Shown: positions 1 to 9,569 of the stretch, piece after piece
Layout: every line of letters starts with the position of its first letter
Position numbering within the stretch: position 1 is the first letter of the stretch
Source: a virus
Taxonomy: Duplodnaviria > Caudoviricetes
Direction: 5' to 3' (one strand)
Virus record (IMG/VR): IMGVR_UViG_3300021256_000057
Span: 64,001 to 128,000 of that record
Length of the DNA stretch: 64,000 nucleotides
Translations under genes and position numbers: made by a program
Notes under the pieces: generated by a model
Database searches by the model: none
What the model saw: the letters and a program-made list of their open reading frames with translations, nothing else
What the model was told of the DNA's origin: nothing

Positions 1-43
1 GTGATTTCTTCCTGTACATCTGCCGCTTTAATATATCTCTTCA

Positions 44-289
44 TCAAGCATCATCCTCGGTTTCTACCCAGAATCTATGACTTCTGTCCATTGAATACTG
101 ACGACGTACTGGACTACCATCATCAGTATACTCTATTTCCTTATCGACACGTTCATATGATGTGATTCTTCGACCGTTTGAAGTCCAGTAGCCAGTAGGA
201 CGCATCAAGCATCTTTCTCCAGTATTTCCAATTCTTCCTGAAACAGCCCCAGGTTCACGAACTGCCTTTGAGATAATGTATCGTTTCAT
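44..289 (-). CDS. hypothetical protein with MKRYI leader
   Basis: ORF; likely ATG at 289 giving MKRYIISK, just after the upstream gene's stop. Confidence 0.65.
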   Translation of the reverse strand: MKRYIISKAVREPGAVSGRIGNTGERCLMRPTGYWTSNGRRITSYERVDKEIEYTDDGSPVRRQYSMDRSHRFWVETEDDA

Positions 290-294
290 TGAAA

Positions 295-732
295 TCACCG
301 TTCGTCTTCGATATAGTTCTCCAAGAACAGATGATTGTCAAACACAGAAGTCCAAGTCTTTCTTGACTTTGCGTTCTTCTTTGTTATCTCGATCATCTGC
401 CCATTCAAAAACTGCAAGAATACTGTGCTTGCTCTGTTCGTAGAGTAAAATGCTTGCTCACCATCTGGAAACTCAATGGCGTACCATGTGTCGTTATAGT
501 TCACCTTGTCAGCCATATAATTGATAAGCTGAAATCTGAGGTCAAGAGGATCTGCAAGTCCAGCTTGAAGGTCTATCGGCACTTGAATAAAATCAATGCT
601 ATCAAGCATCTCCTTGATCTCTTGCTTCAGCTCTGTATCTGATTTACGCTTAGAATTATAGTCGAACTCGACACTCTCATCCGGCTCAAGGTCAGAAGCA
701 CTGTATTCAGTTGATCGAATATATCTCTTCAT
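295..732 (-). CDS. acidic hypothetical protein with MKRYIRS leader (candidate internal head protein)
   Basis: 145 aa ORF, SD GGGGTGA, leader shared with other ORFs. Confidence 0.75.
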   Translation of the reverse strand: MKRYIRSTEYSASDLEPDESVEFDYNSKRKSDTELKQEIKEMLDSIDFIQVPIDLQAGLADPLDLRFQLINYMADKVNYNDTWYAIEFPDGEQAFYSTNRASTVFLQFLNGQMIEITKKNAKSRKTWTSVFDNHLFLENYIEDER

Positions 733-749
733 TCATATCACCCCATGGA

Positions 750-1595
750 TTATATCTGCTTCAAACCCATCTCTGCAAGCGTAAGATTGCCACCTTGTCT
801 TTCTGGTGCATTACCGCCAAGGATTCTTTCTACATCATAATCATCCAATAGCTTTGTGACACGGATAGCTCCGGTGATTACCCACGGAACTGTGTCAGGG
901 TTTGGATTTGTACGATACTTGTAATAACCATTCTTAGGTAGTTTTGGAAGTCCTGCTAAAGAGTGCTGATACTTATCAGAGCGATATGTTGAACCATCTG
1001 GGTTTGTTCTCATGTACCCCTGTTCATCCGCCTCCGCCTGATAGTCAACATCCATCACATACTCGCATTCTGCCCAGATAAAGTCATAAGGGAAATATGG
1101 TGCATTATCATTTACGACCTGCACATACTCATTAAGGTCTTTAATATAAAAGACTTTTCCAATGTTTGCCGTCTTTGCATAGCTCTTAATGAATGTGTTA
1201 TAAGTACCAACCTCTTTTGCGATCTCGGTGCTATCATCAACCTCTACAAAGTCCCAACCAAATGACCGATCAAACTGTTTCGCCCTTGGAACATCACCCA
1301 AATGCCAGCCAGGTCTATAAGCAAGATCACCGCCACCAGTAGATTTTACTTTCTTACGCCCTGTCTTCGATAGACCTGCAAACTCTCCCTCTTCTGCATC
1401 AAGCCAAACGCCAACTGGAGTATCCTGACCACCAGGATTTGCAACCATAGGTGGATACAGTTTCCCATTCTTCACACGAAATACTTTATATGCAGTACCC
1501 TTTATGGAATTTGAATAGTCGTTTTCTGACACTTTAGAGAAGATATCATCAGATGCAAACAAACTCCGATATCTTGGTCTAATAAAACGTACCAT
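750..1595 (-). CDS. conserved phage hypothetical protein (LAYRPGWH motif; resembles a domain of large polyvalent proteins)
   Basis: 281 aa ORF, SD GAGGTGA, leader MVRFIRP..LFAS. Confidence 0.7.
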   Translation of the reverse strand: MVRFIRPRYRSLFASDDIFSKVSENDYSNSIKGTAYKVFRVKNGKLYPPMVANPGGQDTPVGVWLDAEEGEFAGLSKTGRKKVKSTGGGDLAYRPGWHLGDVPRAKQFDRSFGWDFVEVDDSTEIAKEVGTYNTFIKSYAKTANIGKVFYIKDLNEYVQVVNDNAPYFPYDFIWAECEYVMDVDYQAEADEQGYMRTNPDGSTYRSDKYQHSLAGLPKLPKNGYYKYRTNPNPDTVPWVITGAIRVTKLLDDYDVERILGGNAPERQGGNLTLAEMGLKQI

Positions 1596-1744
1596 AGAAT
1601 GTCACCTCAAATATAAAAGTGTTAGCTACAATGCGCTACACCCATATATAAGGTTAGAGTATCTACGATATATAACGATTTTAGGTATCAAAGAAAAGCA
1701 GCAAGCCCACAATAGAGCTTGCTACTAATGCCAATGAGAAATCA

Positions 1745-3577
1745 TCAACCACCTATCAGAAAATCAAACAGTTCTGGATGCTTCTTAATATCCAGAGAAT
1801 CATCTACCATGTAATCGGAGATTGCCTGCTTATCTGTCAGTATCTTGTAAACTGCTTCATCGATCGTGTCTTTTGTGATAAGCGTATACACGTTCACAGG
1901 TTTACTCTGTCCGATGCGGACAAGTCTATCCTCTGCTTGGATACGAGCTGCATTTTGCCATGGGATGTCATATAGAACACAGTTATTTGCAACAGTAAGT
2001 GTATGATTTACGCCAAGAGCGCCGATAGTACCGAGCATGACCTTGTACTCTGGGTTATTGATGAACACCCTCTTATGCTTCTGGCGCTCTTCCTCTGTCA
2101 TTGTACCAGTATAGCAAGCAGTCTTGTGCCTTTTGGATACATACTTGTATACTGTTCTAAGTGGCTCGACCCAGTTGGAGAACACAACTATCTTCTCGCC
2201 ACGTTCAACTGCATCGTCAATGATCTCTAGGAGTCTTGTAAGTTTTGCGTTCATGGATAAATAGTGCGGGTCATCGACTTTTATCTTGTCGTTGACCAGC
2301 TCCGGGCTACCATTGACCTGCCGGAGACGGAGCATCTGGGCTAGAGGATTCATTGAAGATAGAATCTTTGACTTATCTACCATGATACCTTGCTTGACCT
2401 TCTGGTATAGATCCATCTGCACAGGGGTATTCTCAACATACTCTGTATAATAGATCTTTGGAGGTAGATCCTTGAGGACATCAGTCTTTAGTCTACGGAG
2501 CATATGGTCATGAAGAAGCTCCTTGAGATATGGAATGTTTTTATATCCTACTACTTCATGATCGTCATATCCGCCAAACATACAGAACGACTGGCACCAT
2601 GCCCAATAGCTCTTTACAGAGTGTCCATCTACCAGTTTTAATGGTGTATATACATCGGTAGGCCGATTGACGATAGGTGTTCCTGTCATCGGGATCCACT
2701 CTGCATTTTTGTTCGTTCGCTTCTTGATATCCAAAATGATTTTACCCTGCGTGGATTTTGGGGATGCATTTTTATGGATCTCATCTATTGCTATCATACT
2801 GATCTCACCAGAGTTTATCATCTCAACGATCCTATCGGCGAGAACATATTTTCTACCTGACTTTGTGCGGAGTGCTTCAATATTTGTAATGATAAAATAC
2901 GGCAGTTCCGGCTCGTTTATATTACCATACATGTGGCAGGTTACAAGGTCTTGAAGTTTCTTATCGCCACTTGTGCTATAGTTGTATCCGCCGGTTCTTC
3001 TTGGTCTTGACCCTAAAATATATGCGATCTCGGTCCCGTTTGTGTGGGTCTCAATATCCTCTTTCCAAGAAAATTTTGCAGAGTTGACACAGCAGATGAT
3101 GAGACAATGCTTGCACCCATTCACTTTACGCCGATAAAGCGCGTAGTTCATGACTTCAAGCGTCTTGCCACACCCCATGTCATCTGCAAGGATGAAGCCC
3201 TTACCAAGTTTAGATTTGCTGTATTTAAGGAAATCAAGCTGATGCGGATATAGTGCAGCTCCATCTTTTACATACTGATCCATATCAGAGATATCAATGT
3301 CTGGGATAGCATCTAGTTTCGTAGCACCTAAAGTAGAGTTCTCATTCAACCTCTCACCAGAGTTTATCTGCACCTGGGTCTCATATGGTGTATCTTTTAT
3401 CGTATTAAGGAACCAACCAAGATGCTCCTTTGGGATAGTCCATATCTTTTTATCGACATTCCATTGTCTGCCGGGAACGTCTCGAAGCATATTGATCAAG
3501 GCTCTATCATATTTGAACCTGATCTCATAAACAGGACCATTTTCAATTACACTTATCATAAAATCACCACCTATCAA
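1745..3577 (-). CDS. SNF2-family (HARP/SMARCAL1-like) helicase/ATPase
   Basis: ADDMGCGKT (Walker A), IDEIH (DExH), MTGTP, QAEDRLVRIGQ (motif VI); N-terminal HARP-like segment; probable start 3559. Confidence 0.92.
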   Translation of the reverse strand: MIGGDFMISVIENGPVYEIRFKYDRALINMLRDVPGRQWNVDKKIWTIPKEHLGWFLNTIKDTPYETQVQINSGERLNENSTLGATKLDAIPDIDISDMDQYVKDGAALYPHQLDFLKYSKSKLGKGFILADDMGCGKTLEVMNYALYRRKVNGCKHCLIICCVNSAKFSWKEDIETHTNGTEIAYILGSRPRRTGGYNYSTSGDKKLQDLVTCHMYGNINEPELPYFIITNIEALRTKSGRKYVLADRIVEMINSGEISMIAIDEIHKNASPKSTQGKIILDIKKRTNKNAEWIPMTGTPIVNRPTDVYTPLKLVDGHSVKSYWAWCQSFCMFGGYDDHEVVGYKNIPYLKELLHDHMLRRLKTDVLKDLPPKIYYTEYVENTPVQMDLYQKVKQGIMVDKSKILSSMNPLAQMLRLRQVNGSPELVNDKIKVDDPHYLSMNAKLTRLLEIIDDAVERGEKIVVFSNWVEPLRTVYKYVSKRHKTACYTGTMTEEERQKHKRVFINNPEYKVMLGTIGALGVNHTLTVANNCVLYDIPWQNAARIQAEDRLVRIGQSKPVNVYTLITKDTIDEAVYKILTDKQAISDYMVDDSLDIKKHPELFDFLIGG

Positions 3578-3834
3578 AACAACTGATTTCTTTTGTTTTT
3601 AGTTTTTGGAGCTGGCCTTTTACCATCCACGATAGATGATACCTCAGACTTACTTGCTTTAACAGACTTGCCATCGACCTTGAGCTTATGTCCAGTCTCT
3701 TCAAGATACTTCAAATCATTTGTACTAGGGATACACTCTTTGTACTCTGTGTGGAACACAATGCGACCATCCCGATCAAAAACTTCAAATTTCACATAGA
3801 TCACCTCTATCATATATAACGAATTTGAACACAA
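3574..3834 (-). CDS. small hypothetical protein
   Basis: ORF coupled to the SNF2 gene; probable GTG start near 3795 after GAGGTGA. Confidence 0.6.
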   Translation of the reverse strand: MCSNSLYMIEVIYVKFEVFDRDGRIVFHTEYKECIPSTNDLKYLEETGHKLKVDGKSVKASKSEVSSIVDGKRPAPKTKNKRNQLF

Positions 3835-3866
3835 AAGAAACTGCCCATCCTATGTGGACGGGCAGT
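3832..3866 (-). terminator. intrinsic terminator after endolysin
   Basis: ACTGCCC..GGGCAGT stem followed by a T-rich tract on the minus strand. Confidence 0.75.
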
Positions 3867-3882
3867 CTATGGATGTGATAGG

Positions 3883-5025
3883 TTACTTCAAAAGTTTGTT
3901 TACATAGCTCTGTACCGCGGTATAACTATACCCAGCCGCTTCTAGTTTCTTCTTTCTAGCTGTGCCAGACCCCCACTTACCAGCGATAACTTCCTTTGCA
4001 ATCTGTTCAACAGTCTTTTTGTATAGGGATAGACCTGGCACAGACTTTCCTGCAAGAATTGCATTGACAGCAAGCTGTACGTTCTGTGCATTATAGCCAG
4101 CTTGTGTCAACCTCTGTACTCGTGTAGCTCCGACACCGTACTTACCAGTAATGACATCCCTAGCAACACTTTCAAGAGTATCTGCCTTTGGTGTCTCCAC
4201 ATTGGGAGCTGTCAATGCAAGAGATGGGACAGGTTTGCCTGCAAGGAGTGCATTTACAGCAGATTGCACATTTGCTACATTGTAACCAGCACTCTTAAGT
4301 GCTGTAGTCCGTGCAGCTCCATTGCCGTACTTACCAGCGATAACATCCTTAGCCACGCTCTCAAGAGTAGGCGTAGTGCTGATAGGCTTTTCCTCAATAG
4401 GTTCTGTCGATGTATTAACAGGCACAGCTACTGTGCTATAGTCCTTATAGCAGTAATTACAGTCAACATCTCCTGTGATGCCATCTATCTTGCCTTTCCA
4501 TGAATATTGCCAAATCGCGTATGGCTTCTTATATGATGTCTTTTTTACATTAACATGTGCAAGCCATACATCATAATTTGTAAGAAGGTCATCTGTAAAG
4601 CAAGTATTGAGTGCTGACAGCATACTATAGATACCTACCTTGAACCCAGCAGCCTCTAGTTCATCAAGAAATGCCTTTGTGATCGCAGATACCTTTGTCT
4701 TACCGAGTGCAAGTACGCTCTTCTCTTCCACATCATAGAACACAGGATAATCAATGTCAAGACCCTTCAAGATCTTGATACATACCTTAGCCTCTGCTCT
4801 CGCACCATCTACTGTCTTGGCATAGTTATAATAATAGATACCGACTGGAATGTTATTAGCTTTGCATCCCTTGTAGTTTGCATCAAACTTTGTATCCTTC
4901 TGAGAGATAGCACTGCCATAACCAGCTCGAAGCATTGCAAAGTCTACTTTCTTTGCAACTTTCGTCCAATTGATATTTCCCTGCCATTTTGATACATCAA
5001 TGCCGAATTTAATCTGTGTAGCCAT
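3883..5025 (-). CDS. endolysin: GH25 muramidase plus three CW_7 (Cpl-7) repeats
   Basis: GIDVSKWQG, FYDVEE, WQYS, GDVDCN; three VA.DVI.GKYG.G..R...L..AGY repeats. Confidence 0.93.
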   Translation of the reverse strand: MATQIKFGIDVSKWQGNINWTKVAKKVDFAMLRAGYGSAISQKDTKFDANYKGCKANNIPVGIYYYNYAKTVDGARAEAKVCIKILKGLDIDYPVFYDVEEKSVLALGKTKVSAITKAFLDELEAAGFKVGIYSMLSALNTCFTDDLLTNYDVWLAHVNVKKTSYKKPYAIWQYSWKGKIDGITGDVDCNYCYKDYSTVAVPVNTSTEPIEEKPISTTPTLESVAKDVIAGKYGNGAARTTALKSAGYNVANVQSAVNALLAGKPVPSLALTAPNVETPKADTLESVARDVITGKYGVGATRVQRLTQAGYNAQNVQLAVNAILAGKSVPGLSLYKKTVEQIAKEVIAGKWGSGTARKKKLEAAGYSYTAVQSYVNKLLK

Positions 5026-5176
5026 ACCAATCCTTCAGCTCCTTTACTTTCTCTTCACTATCATCAATTAGAGCCTGCACATCCTCTTCCGAAACATCCT
5101 CGTTTTGTGAGATAGCACGAATTGAATAGCCGAATACATATGCTTTCAGTATCTCATTTTTCTTCTCGTCTGTCAT
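5009..5176 (-). CDS. 55-aa HTH-like protein overlapping the endolysin start (not in ORF track)
   Basis: MTDEKKNEILKAYVFGYSIRAISQNEDVSEEDVQALIDDSEEKVKELKDWYGYTD*, SD AGGAG. Confidence 0.7.
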   Translation of the reverse strand: MTDEKKNEILKAYVFGYSIRAISQNEDVSEEDVQALIDDSEEKVKELKDWYGYTD

Positions 5177-5241
5177 TGTAGGTCAGCTCCTATCTACTTT
5201 ATTCGTAACCATATGTATTATGGTCATTATTATATAAGGTT

Positions 5242-5278
5242 AAAAAAAATATGCCGCACCGGTGTTGCCCGGTGCGGT
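5242..5278 (-). terminator. intrinsic terminator
   Basis: CCGCACCGG..CCGGTGCGG stem followed by T8 on the minus strand. Confidence 0.8.
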
Positions 5279-5291
5279 CAATAATTCATAA

Positions 5292-5528
5292 TTATACGTT
5301 GTTATCGTTACCGATCAATGTATATACAAATATATTACAATCATGGTTCACTTCATCCAGTATTCTTAGTATTTCATCTATTGTCGCTCCAGATGTATTG
5401 ATGTCATCAACTACTAGGATGTTTGATCCCTGCATCTTGGAAAACCGCTCGATGTCCTTGTCTGACAAGTGGAGGAAGTTCTTAATATATTTCCTATACT
5501 TTGGCTTTACATTGTGCGCTAGTGAAAA
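5292..5528 (-). pseudogene. 3' remnant of a type I phosphoribosyltransferase gene interrupted by IS605
   Basis: Manual translation FSLAHNVKPKYRKY...NILVVDDINTSGATIDEIL...* contains the PRPP-binding motif and begins exactly at the IS right end. Confidence 0.85.
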
Positions 5529-5700
5529 TTGGCACTCCCCATTCCTAAAGGCAGGGGATTCTTGCTACCTGCGGTTACATAGCAACTGAACAGTCCATTT
5601 CTGGTAGTTCGTAGTGCAAGATACGGCTGTGCCATCAGCCTTCCTGAGACAGGACATATAGTCTCTCAGGCAGTATGTCTGATATCGCTATCTCCAACAT
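5509..5700 (-). ncRNA. predicted TnpB omegaRNA (right-end RNA); guide about TTTTCACTAGCGCACAATGT
   Basis: Inferred from established TnpB biology; hairpins at 5643-5670 and 5535-5558; boundaries approximate. Confidence 0.55.
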
Positions 5701-7010
5701 ACTTAGTGGAATTACAAATATTCCACGCTCCTAATATGTCTCTATGTGTATGGAATCCACACTTACAAGAATAACTTCTGTCTTTAGCATGATGTATATC
5801 TCCACAGACAGGGCACGTTTGACTTGTATAGGCAGGATCAACATAGAGCACTTCAATACCTGCAAGTTTGGCTTTGTACTCAATAAATTTTGCGAGACGA
5901 TAAAAACTCCAGCTATGAAGTGAACGATTGTTTTTACGACTTGTTCTTGTCGTAGAGCGAATGTTAGACAACTGCTCTAATTTTATAGTTTTAACGTTAT
6001 GGGCTACAGCAGTATCAATGATACAACGACTTAATTTATGGTCGATGTCTTTCATGATACGCTGTTCTTTGTTGTTGATATGCTTTACTGCACTCAGATG
6101 TTTGGCTTTCTGCAAGGATTTACGCTTTACAGCAAAATGTCTCCGCATAGCTTTGTTCTTACGACCGTTGCCGTAAAACTTAACGCTTCCATCTGAGCAC
6201 TTGCTTACAGCAGGGCATTTAATACCGAGGTCAACACCCATATCATTTCCTTTTTCTGGAGATAGAGGCTCTTCAGCTTCATAAACAATCTGTGCAACAA
6301 TATGATTGTTTTTCAGAATGATTCGCATTGTTCCAAGTTTATGTGACGATAATAGAGCCTTCTGATTATCTGTCATTCTTGTGTGAATAGAAAGTCTTTT
6401 AGATTTACTGTTTACCATAATAGGAAACTCGATGTTTGTACCATTTATCCTGTAGTTCTGGTTGTTTACATAACAACACGGCTTTTTCAGAACAGGAAGA
6501 GTTGCGACGGCATCAGCTTTCTTGCCTTGTTTGATAAGAAATGCATTCTTACGTCCAGCTTTACGACAATCCTTATTGTACTTCCTGAAAACAGACTTTG
6601 CATCACGAATGCACTGGTTTGTGAGAGCAGACGGCAAATTGGCGTTGATACTCTTTGTTGTGAGTTTTGCAATAGACGCACCGTTTACAGCATCGGAAAC
6701 AATACCATTAACTGTAGAAATATACACATCCATAGTATCTCTGACAAGCGCATATTCGGTTTTAGTCATATACAGCTTAACTGTTTCTGATAATTGCATA
6801 AAGCTCACCTACACATTCTTTTGATTCTGAATGTATTGTTTGATTGCCGAAAGCGGAGCACCCCCAACTGTAGAAACAAAATAACTGTTTGTCCATAGAC
6901 TCGGCAACCTCGATTTAAGCCAAGGAAATTCATTCCGCAATATACGGGATGAATAGCCTTTGATTTGTTTGACAGCCTTATGAATTCCAAACTGCGGGTC
7001 CACATCCATC
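5529..7010 (-). mobile_element. IS200/IS605-family element, left end deleted
   Basis: tnpA 3' fragment plus tnpB; right-end hairpin AATCCCCTGCCTTTAGGAATGGGGAGTGCCAA ends at 5529; left boundary approximate. Confidence 0.85.
5666..6808 (-). CDS. tnpB: RNA-guided endonuclease TnpB
   Basis: RuvC-I GVDLG, RuvC-II KLEQL, Zn finger CPVC..CKC, RuvC-III HRDILGAWNI. Confidence 0.95.
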   Translation of the reverse strand: MSFMQLSETVKLYMTKTEYALVRDTMDVYISTVNGIVSDAVNGASIAKLTTKSINANLPSALTNQCIRDAKSVFRKYNKDCRKAGRKNAFLIKQGKKADAVATLPVLKKPCCYVNNQNYRINGTNIEFPIMVNSKSKRLSIHTRMTDNQKALLSSHKLGTMRIILKNNHIVAQIVYEAEEPLSPEKGNDMGVDLGIKCPAVSKCSDGSVKFYGNGRKNKAMRRHFAVKRKSLQKAKHLSAVKHINNKEQRIMKDIDHKLSRCIIDTAVAHNVKTIKLEQLSNIRSTTRTSRKNNRSLHSWSFYRLAKFIEYKAKLAGIEVLYVDPAYTSQTCPVCGDIHHAKDRSYSCKCGFHTHRDILGAWNICNSTKYVGDSDIRHTA

Positions 7011-7039
7011 CTAACTCCACCTGTTATTAGTCTTTTCAT
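6809..7039 (-). pseudogene. tnpA: chimera: phage gene start (MKRLITGGVR) fused to the C-terminal half of TnpA
   Basis: DPQFGIHKAVKQIKGYSS..LWTNSYFVSTVG..YIQNQ is the TnpA C-terminus; HUH motif missing. Confidence 0.85.
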
Positions 7040-7055
7040 GAGCTGATCACTCTGA

Positions 7056-7694
7056 TTACAGATCTCCGTAAAGATCTTTGAAATCTCTGATAGCTAGAAC
7101 TCTCCCAGAAGACGAATTTACATCATACCACTTGGTCTCTGTCATCTCTGTAGAAGACAGAACAAAGTCCTTACCGTGGATGTTCGTAAAGTATTCCTCG
7201 GCATCCTGCACAGTTGCATTGTCGAACTTCATATCAACATTTCCATTCTTATCGTAGTATTCACCGATGATATTGATAGGCTTATCGACAAGAGGTTGAC
7301 CATTCTTTGACCTCTCTGGCATAGGTGTAGTGACCAAAACAGCATCCTGCTCGTACTTCTTGCACCAGGATACCATCAGCTTAATGAAGTCCCTAGGTGC
7401 AAATCTATTATTGATCACGCAGAATGTGTCCTCAGAAACTCGGACCTCATCATCAGTATCCTTGTTCTCTATAAAGCCACCAGATGCTTTGATGAACGTT
7501 AGACCAGAAGCCCTAATGTCCGCCTCTAGTTGCTTGTTACGTCTACGTTTCTCGTTCGTACTTAGTTTCTCACCATCGGAGCTGTACTCTCTAAATGCCG
7601 TAATGAAACCACACTGCTCTTTGTTCATATGCGATATTGCACGATTGAAACTCGATGCATAAATTCCCTCTGAAGACTTGATATATCTTTTCAT
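7056..7694 (-). CDS. putative SAM lyase (T3 SAMase-like)
   Basis: ITAFR, RN, GGFIE, SEDT, YEQDAVLV parallel T3 SAMase motifs as recalled (SAFR, GCYRE, EEKT, WEQDCVLV). Confidence 0.7.
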   Translation of the reverse strand: MKRYIKSSEGIYASSFNRAISHMNKEQCGFITAFREYSSDGEKLSTNEKRRRNKQLEADIRASGLTFIKASGGFIENKDTDDEVRVSEDTFCVINNRFAPRDFIKLMVSWCKKYEQDAVLVTTPMPERSKNGQPLVDKPINIIGEYYDKNGNVDMKFDNATVQDAEEYFTNIHGKDFVLSSTEMTETKWYDVNSSSGRVLAIRDFKDLYGDL

Positions 7695-7734
7695 AGAAGA
7701 TCACTCCTTTGTGGTTACTGGTGTCTACACTATT

Positions 7735-7763
7735 ATTATAGCATATATCAAATGAGTTGTCAA
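7735..7763 (-). promoter_or_regulatory. consensus sigmaA promoter for the SAM-lyase-like gene
   Basis: TTGACA-17 nt-TATAAT on the minus strand. Confidence 0.85.
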
Positions 7764-7784
7764 TAGTATCATTTGACATTTTAG

Positions 7785-8669
7785 TTATAAATGCATGTAC
7801 GGAACTTCGTATCCATCTGCTTTATGCTTAATGTCTAGCAGTGTTGCAGACAGCTCTACACGCTTTAGCTCTGATGCCAAGTGAATCAGATCGTCAATGT
7901 TATCGCAAATGTATCTAATTGCGTCAGAATTATTATCTTTTGCAGCGTAAACAAGCAGATCTAACACGATCGGTTGTTTTGTTTGAACGAACTCCTCTAT
8001 TATTGTGATGTCTTTAGTTGTCATATAATCGTAGATGTATTCAAAATATGGGGATTTTAATGCAGTCTTTGTCGAGTTCCCGCTAAAGAAAAAAGTAGTT
8101 CCATTGATGGATATTGATCTAAGATTTGTACTTTCTACATCAAATGCATTTTTATGCACGACCGTAGAGGTGCTATCCAGTACGACCTGCTCTACATTAG
8201 AGCAATCACAAAATGCGTTACATCCAACAGCCTCTATTGAACAAGGAATGTGTATATATTTTAGCGAACGACACCCACTAAACGCTCGGTCGTTAATTTC
8301 CTTCAACGATTTTGGAAACTGTATTGATGGCAAAGCACTACACGCATAAAAAGCGTATTCTCCGATAGTTGTGAGATTTTTTGGCAAATTCACGTTTTCT
8401 AGCTTAAACAATTGTGCAAATGCCTGCGTCTCTATTGTTGTGACTGAATCTGGAATACAAACACTCGTAACATTATGATTATACTTAAACGCAGCAGTAC
8501 CGATCGCTTTTACTACGTTCGGTATCTTTACATTTACTGACTGAATGCCTAGGGTTTCTTCAAATCTAGTAAGAATGTCTTTGTATATGTGAAATACGCC
8601 GGTCTCATCTATGATGTCTTTACTATATCTATTGATCTGCCTTTCTTTAATAATCATGAGAATCTCCAA
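7785..8669 (-). CDS. BspA-type leucine-rich repeat (LRR_5) protein
   Basis: IPxSVxxIxxxAFxxCxxL repeats; helical C-terminus ending YMHL. Confidence 0.9.
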   Translation of the reverse strand: MEILMIIKERQINRYSKDIIDETGVFHIYKDILTRFEETLGIQSVNVKIPNVVKAIGTAAFKYNHNVTSVCIPDSVTTIETQAFAQLFKLENVNLPKNLTTIGEYAFYACSALPSIQFPKSLKEINDRAFSGCRSLKYIHIPCSIEAVGCNAFCDCSNVEQVVLDSTSTVVHKNAFDVESTNLRSISINGTTFFFSGNSTKTALKSPYFEYIYDYMTTKDITIIEEFVQTKQPIVLDLLVYAAKDNNSDAIRYICDNIDDLIHLASELKRVELSATLLDIKHKADGYEVPYMHL

Positions 8670-9545
8670 TCAAAGCCACATAGATCTATTTTGGTACATG
8701 GTGCTACCGCAAGTATTCAAAATCTCTGCGGCAACGTCGGTTCTACCATAATCTGATGCAAATTCAAGTAGCTTATCTGCATTTTGAATGATATCCTGCT
8801 TTACATCATTATCTTTCTTTGAGATTTGTACCACTAGGTCGAGTGCAAAGGAAAATCCATTCTGTAGCAGGAAGAGGATTTGACTGTAGTCGTGACAACA
8901 TAGGAATGCCATACAGCGCTTGATAGCTTCTGTGAATCCAATAGTTCCTTCTGTATACGATACATTTAACGTAATGCTTGGGAATTCTATGACTTTGACA
9001 GAGCTACAACCATCGAATACGCCATGATCCATACTTATGTTGTCAGATTTGAACTCTATTGTTTCTAAGCCAGTACAATTACAAAATGCATGAGAATCAA
9101 TTGTTATTATACCACTTGGCAACACTAGGTTTTTTAGGGACATACACGCAAGAAACGCATATTTACCAATTTTCCAAAGAGTGTCAGGTAACTGCACATT
9201 TACAAGTCTTTCACAACAAGAAAATGCATGTGGTTCTATTCGTTCAAGGTTTTCAGATATCTTAACTTCCTCAAGATTGTGACACCTCTCAAACGCCTCT
9301 TCCTCGATTACACGCACAGTGTTAGGCAATATAATTCCACGAATCTTGCTGCAGTCAAGAAACGCAAACTGATGGATGATCTCAACACCATTTGGGATGG
9401 TGTAAGTGGCAACCTCTTTAGAATAAGAGGCCTCTTCAAAGTATCTCCAAAAAATGTTACCAATGCAATGCCCTGTACCATGGTCGCTGACAAAAGCAAC
9501 CGTAGGACCGTGGTCAGTAATCATAGGACCATGACAAGCAATCAT
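8670..9545 (-). CDS. BspA-type LRR_5 protein
   Basis: LRR_5 repeats; ends SMWL. Confidence 0.9.
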   Translation of the reverse strand: MIACHGPMITDHGPTVAFVSDHGTGHCIGNIFWRYFEEASYSKEVATYTIPNGVEIIHQFAFLDCSKIRGIILPNTVRVIEEEAFERCHNLEEVKISENLERIEPHAFSCCERLVNVQLPDTLWKIGKYAFLACMSLKNLVLPSGIITIDSHAFCNCTGLETIEFKSDNISMDHGVFDGCSSVKVIEFPSITLNVSYTEGTIGFTEAIKRCMAFLCCHDYSQILFLLQNGFSFALDLVVQISKKDNDVKQDIIQNADKLLEFASDYGRTDVAAEILNTCGSTMYQNRSMWL

Positions 9546-9569
9546 GCCATCTCACCCCCGGCAATAGTA

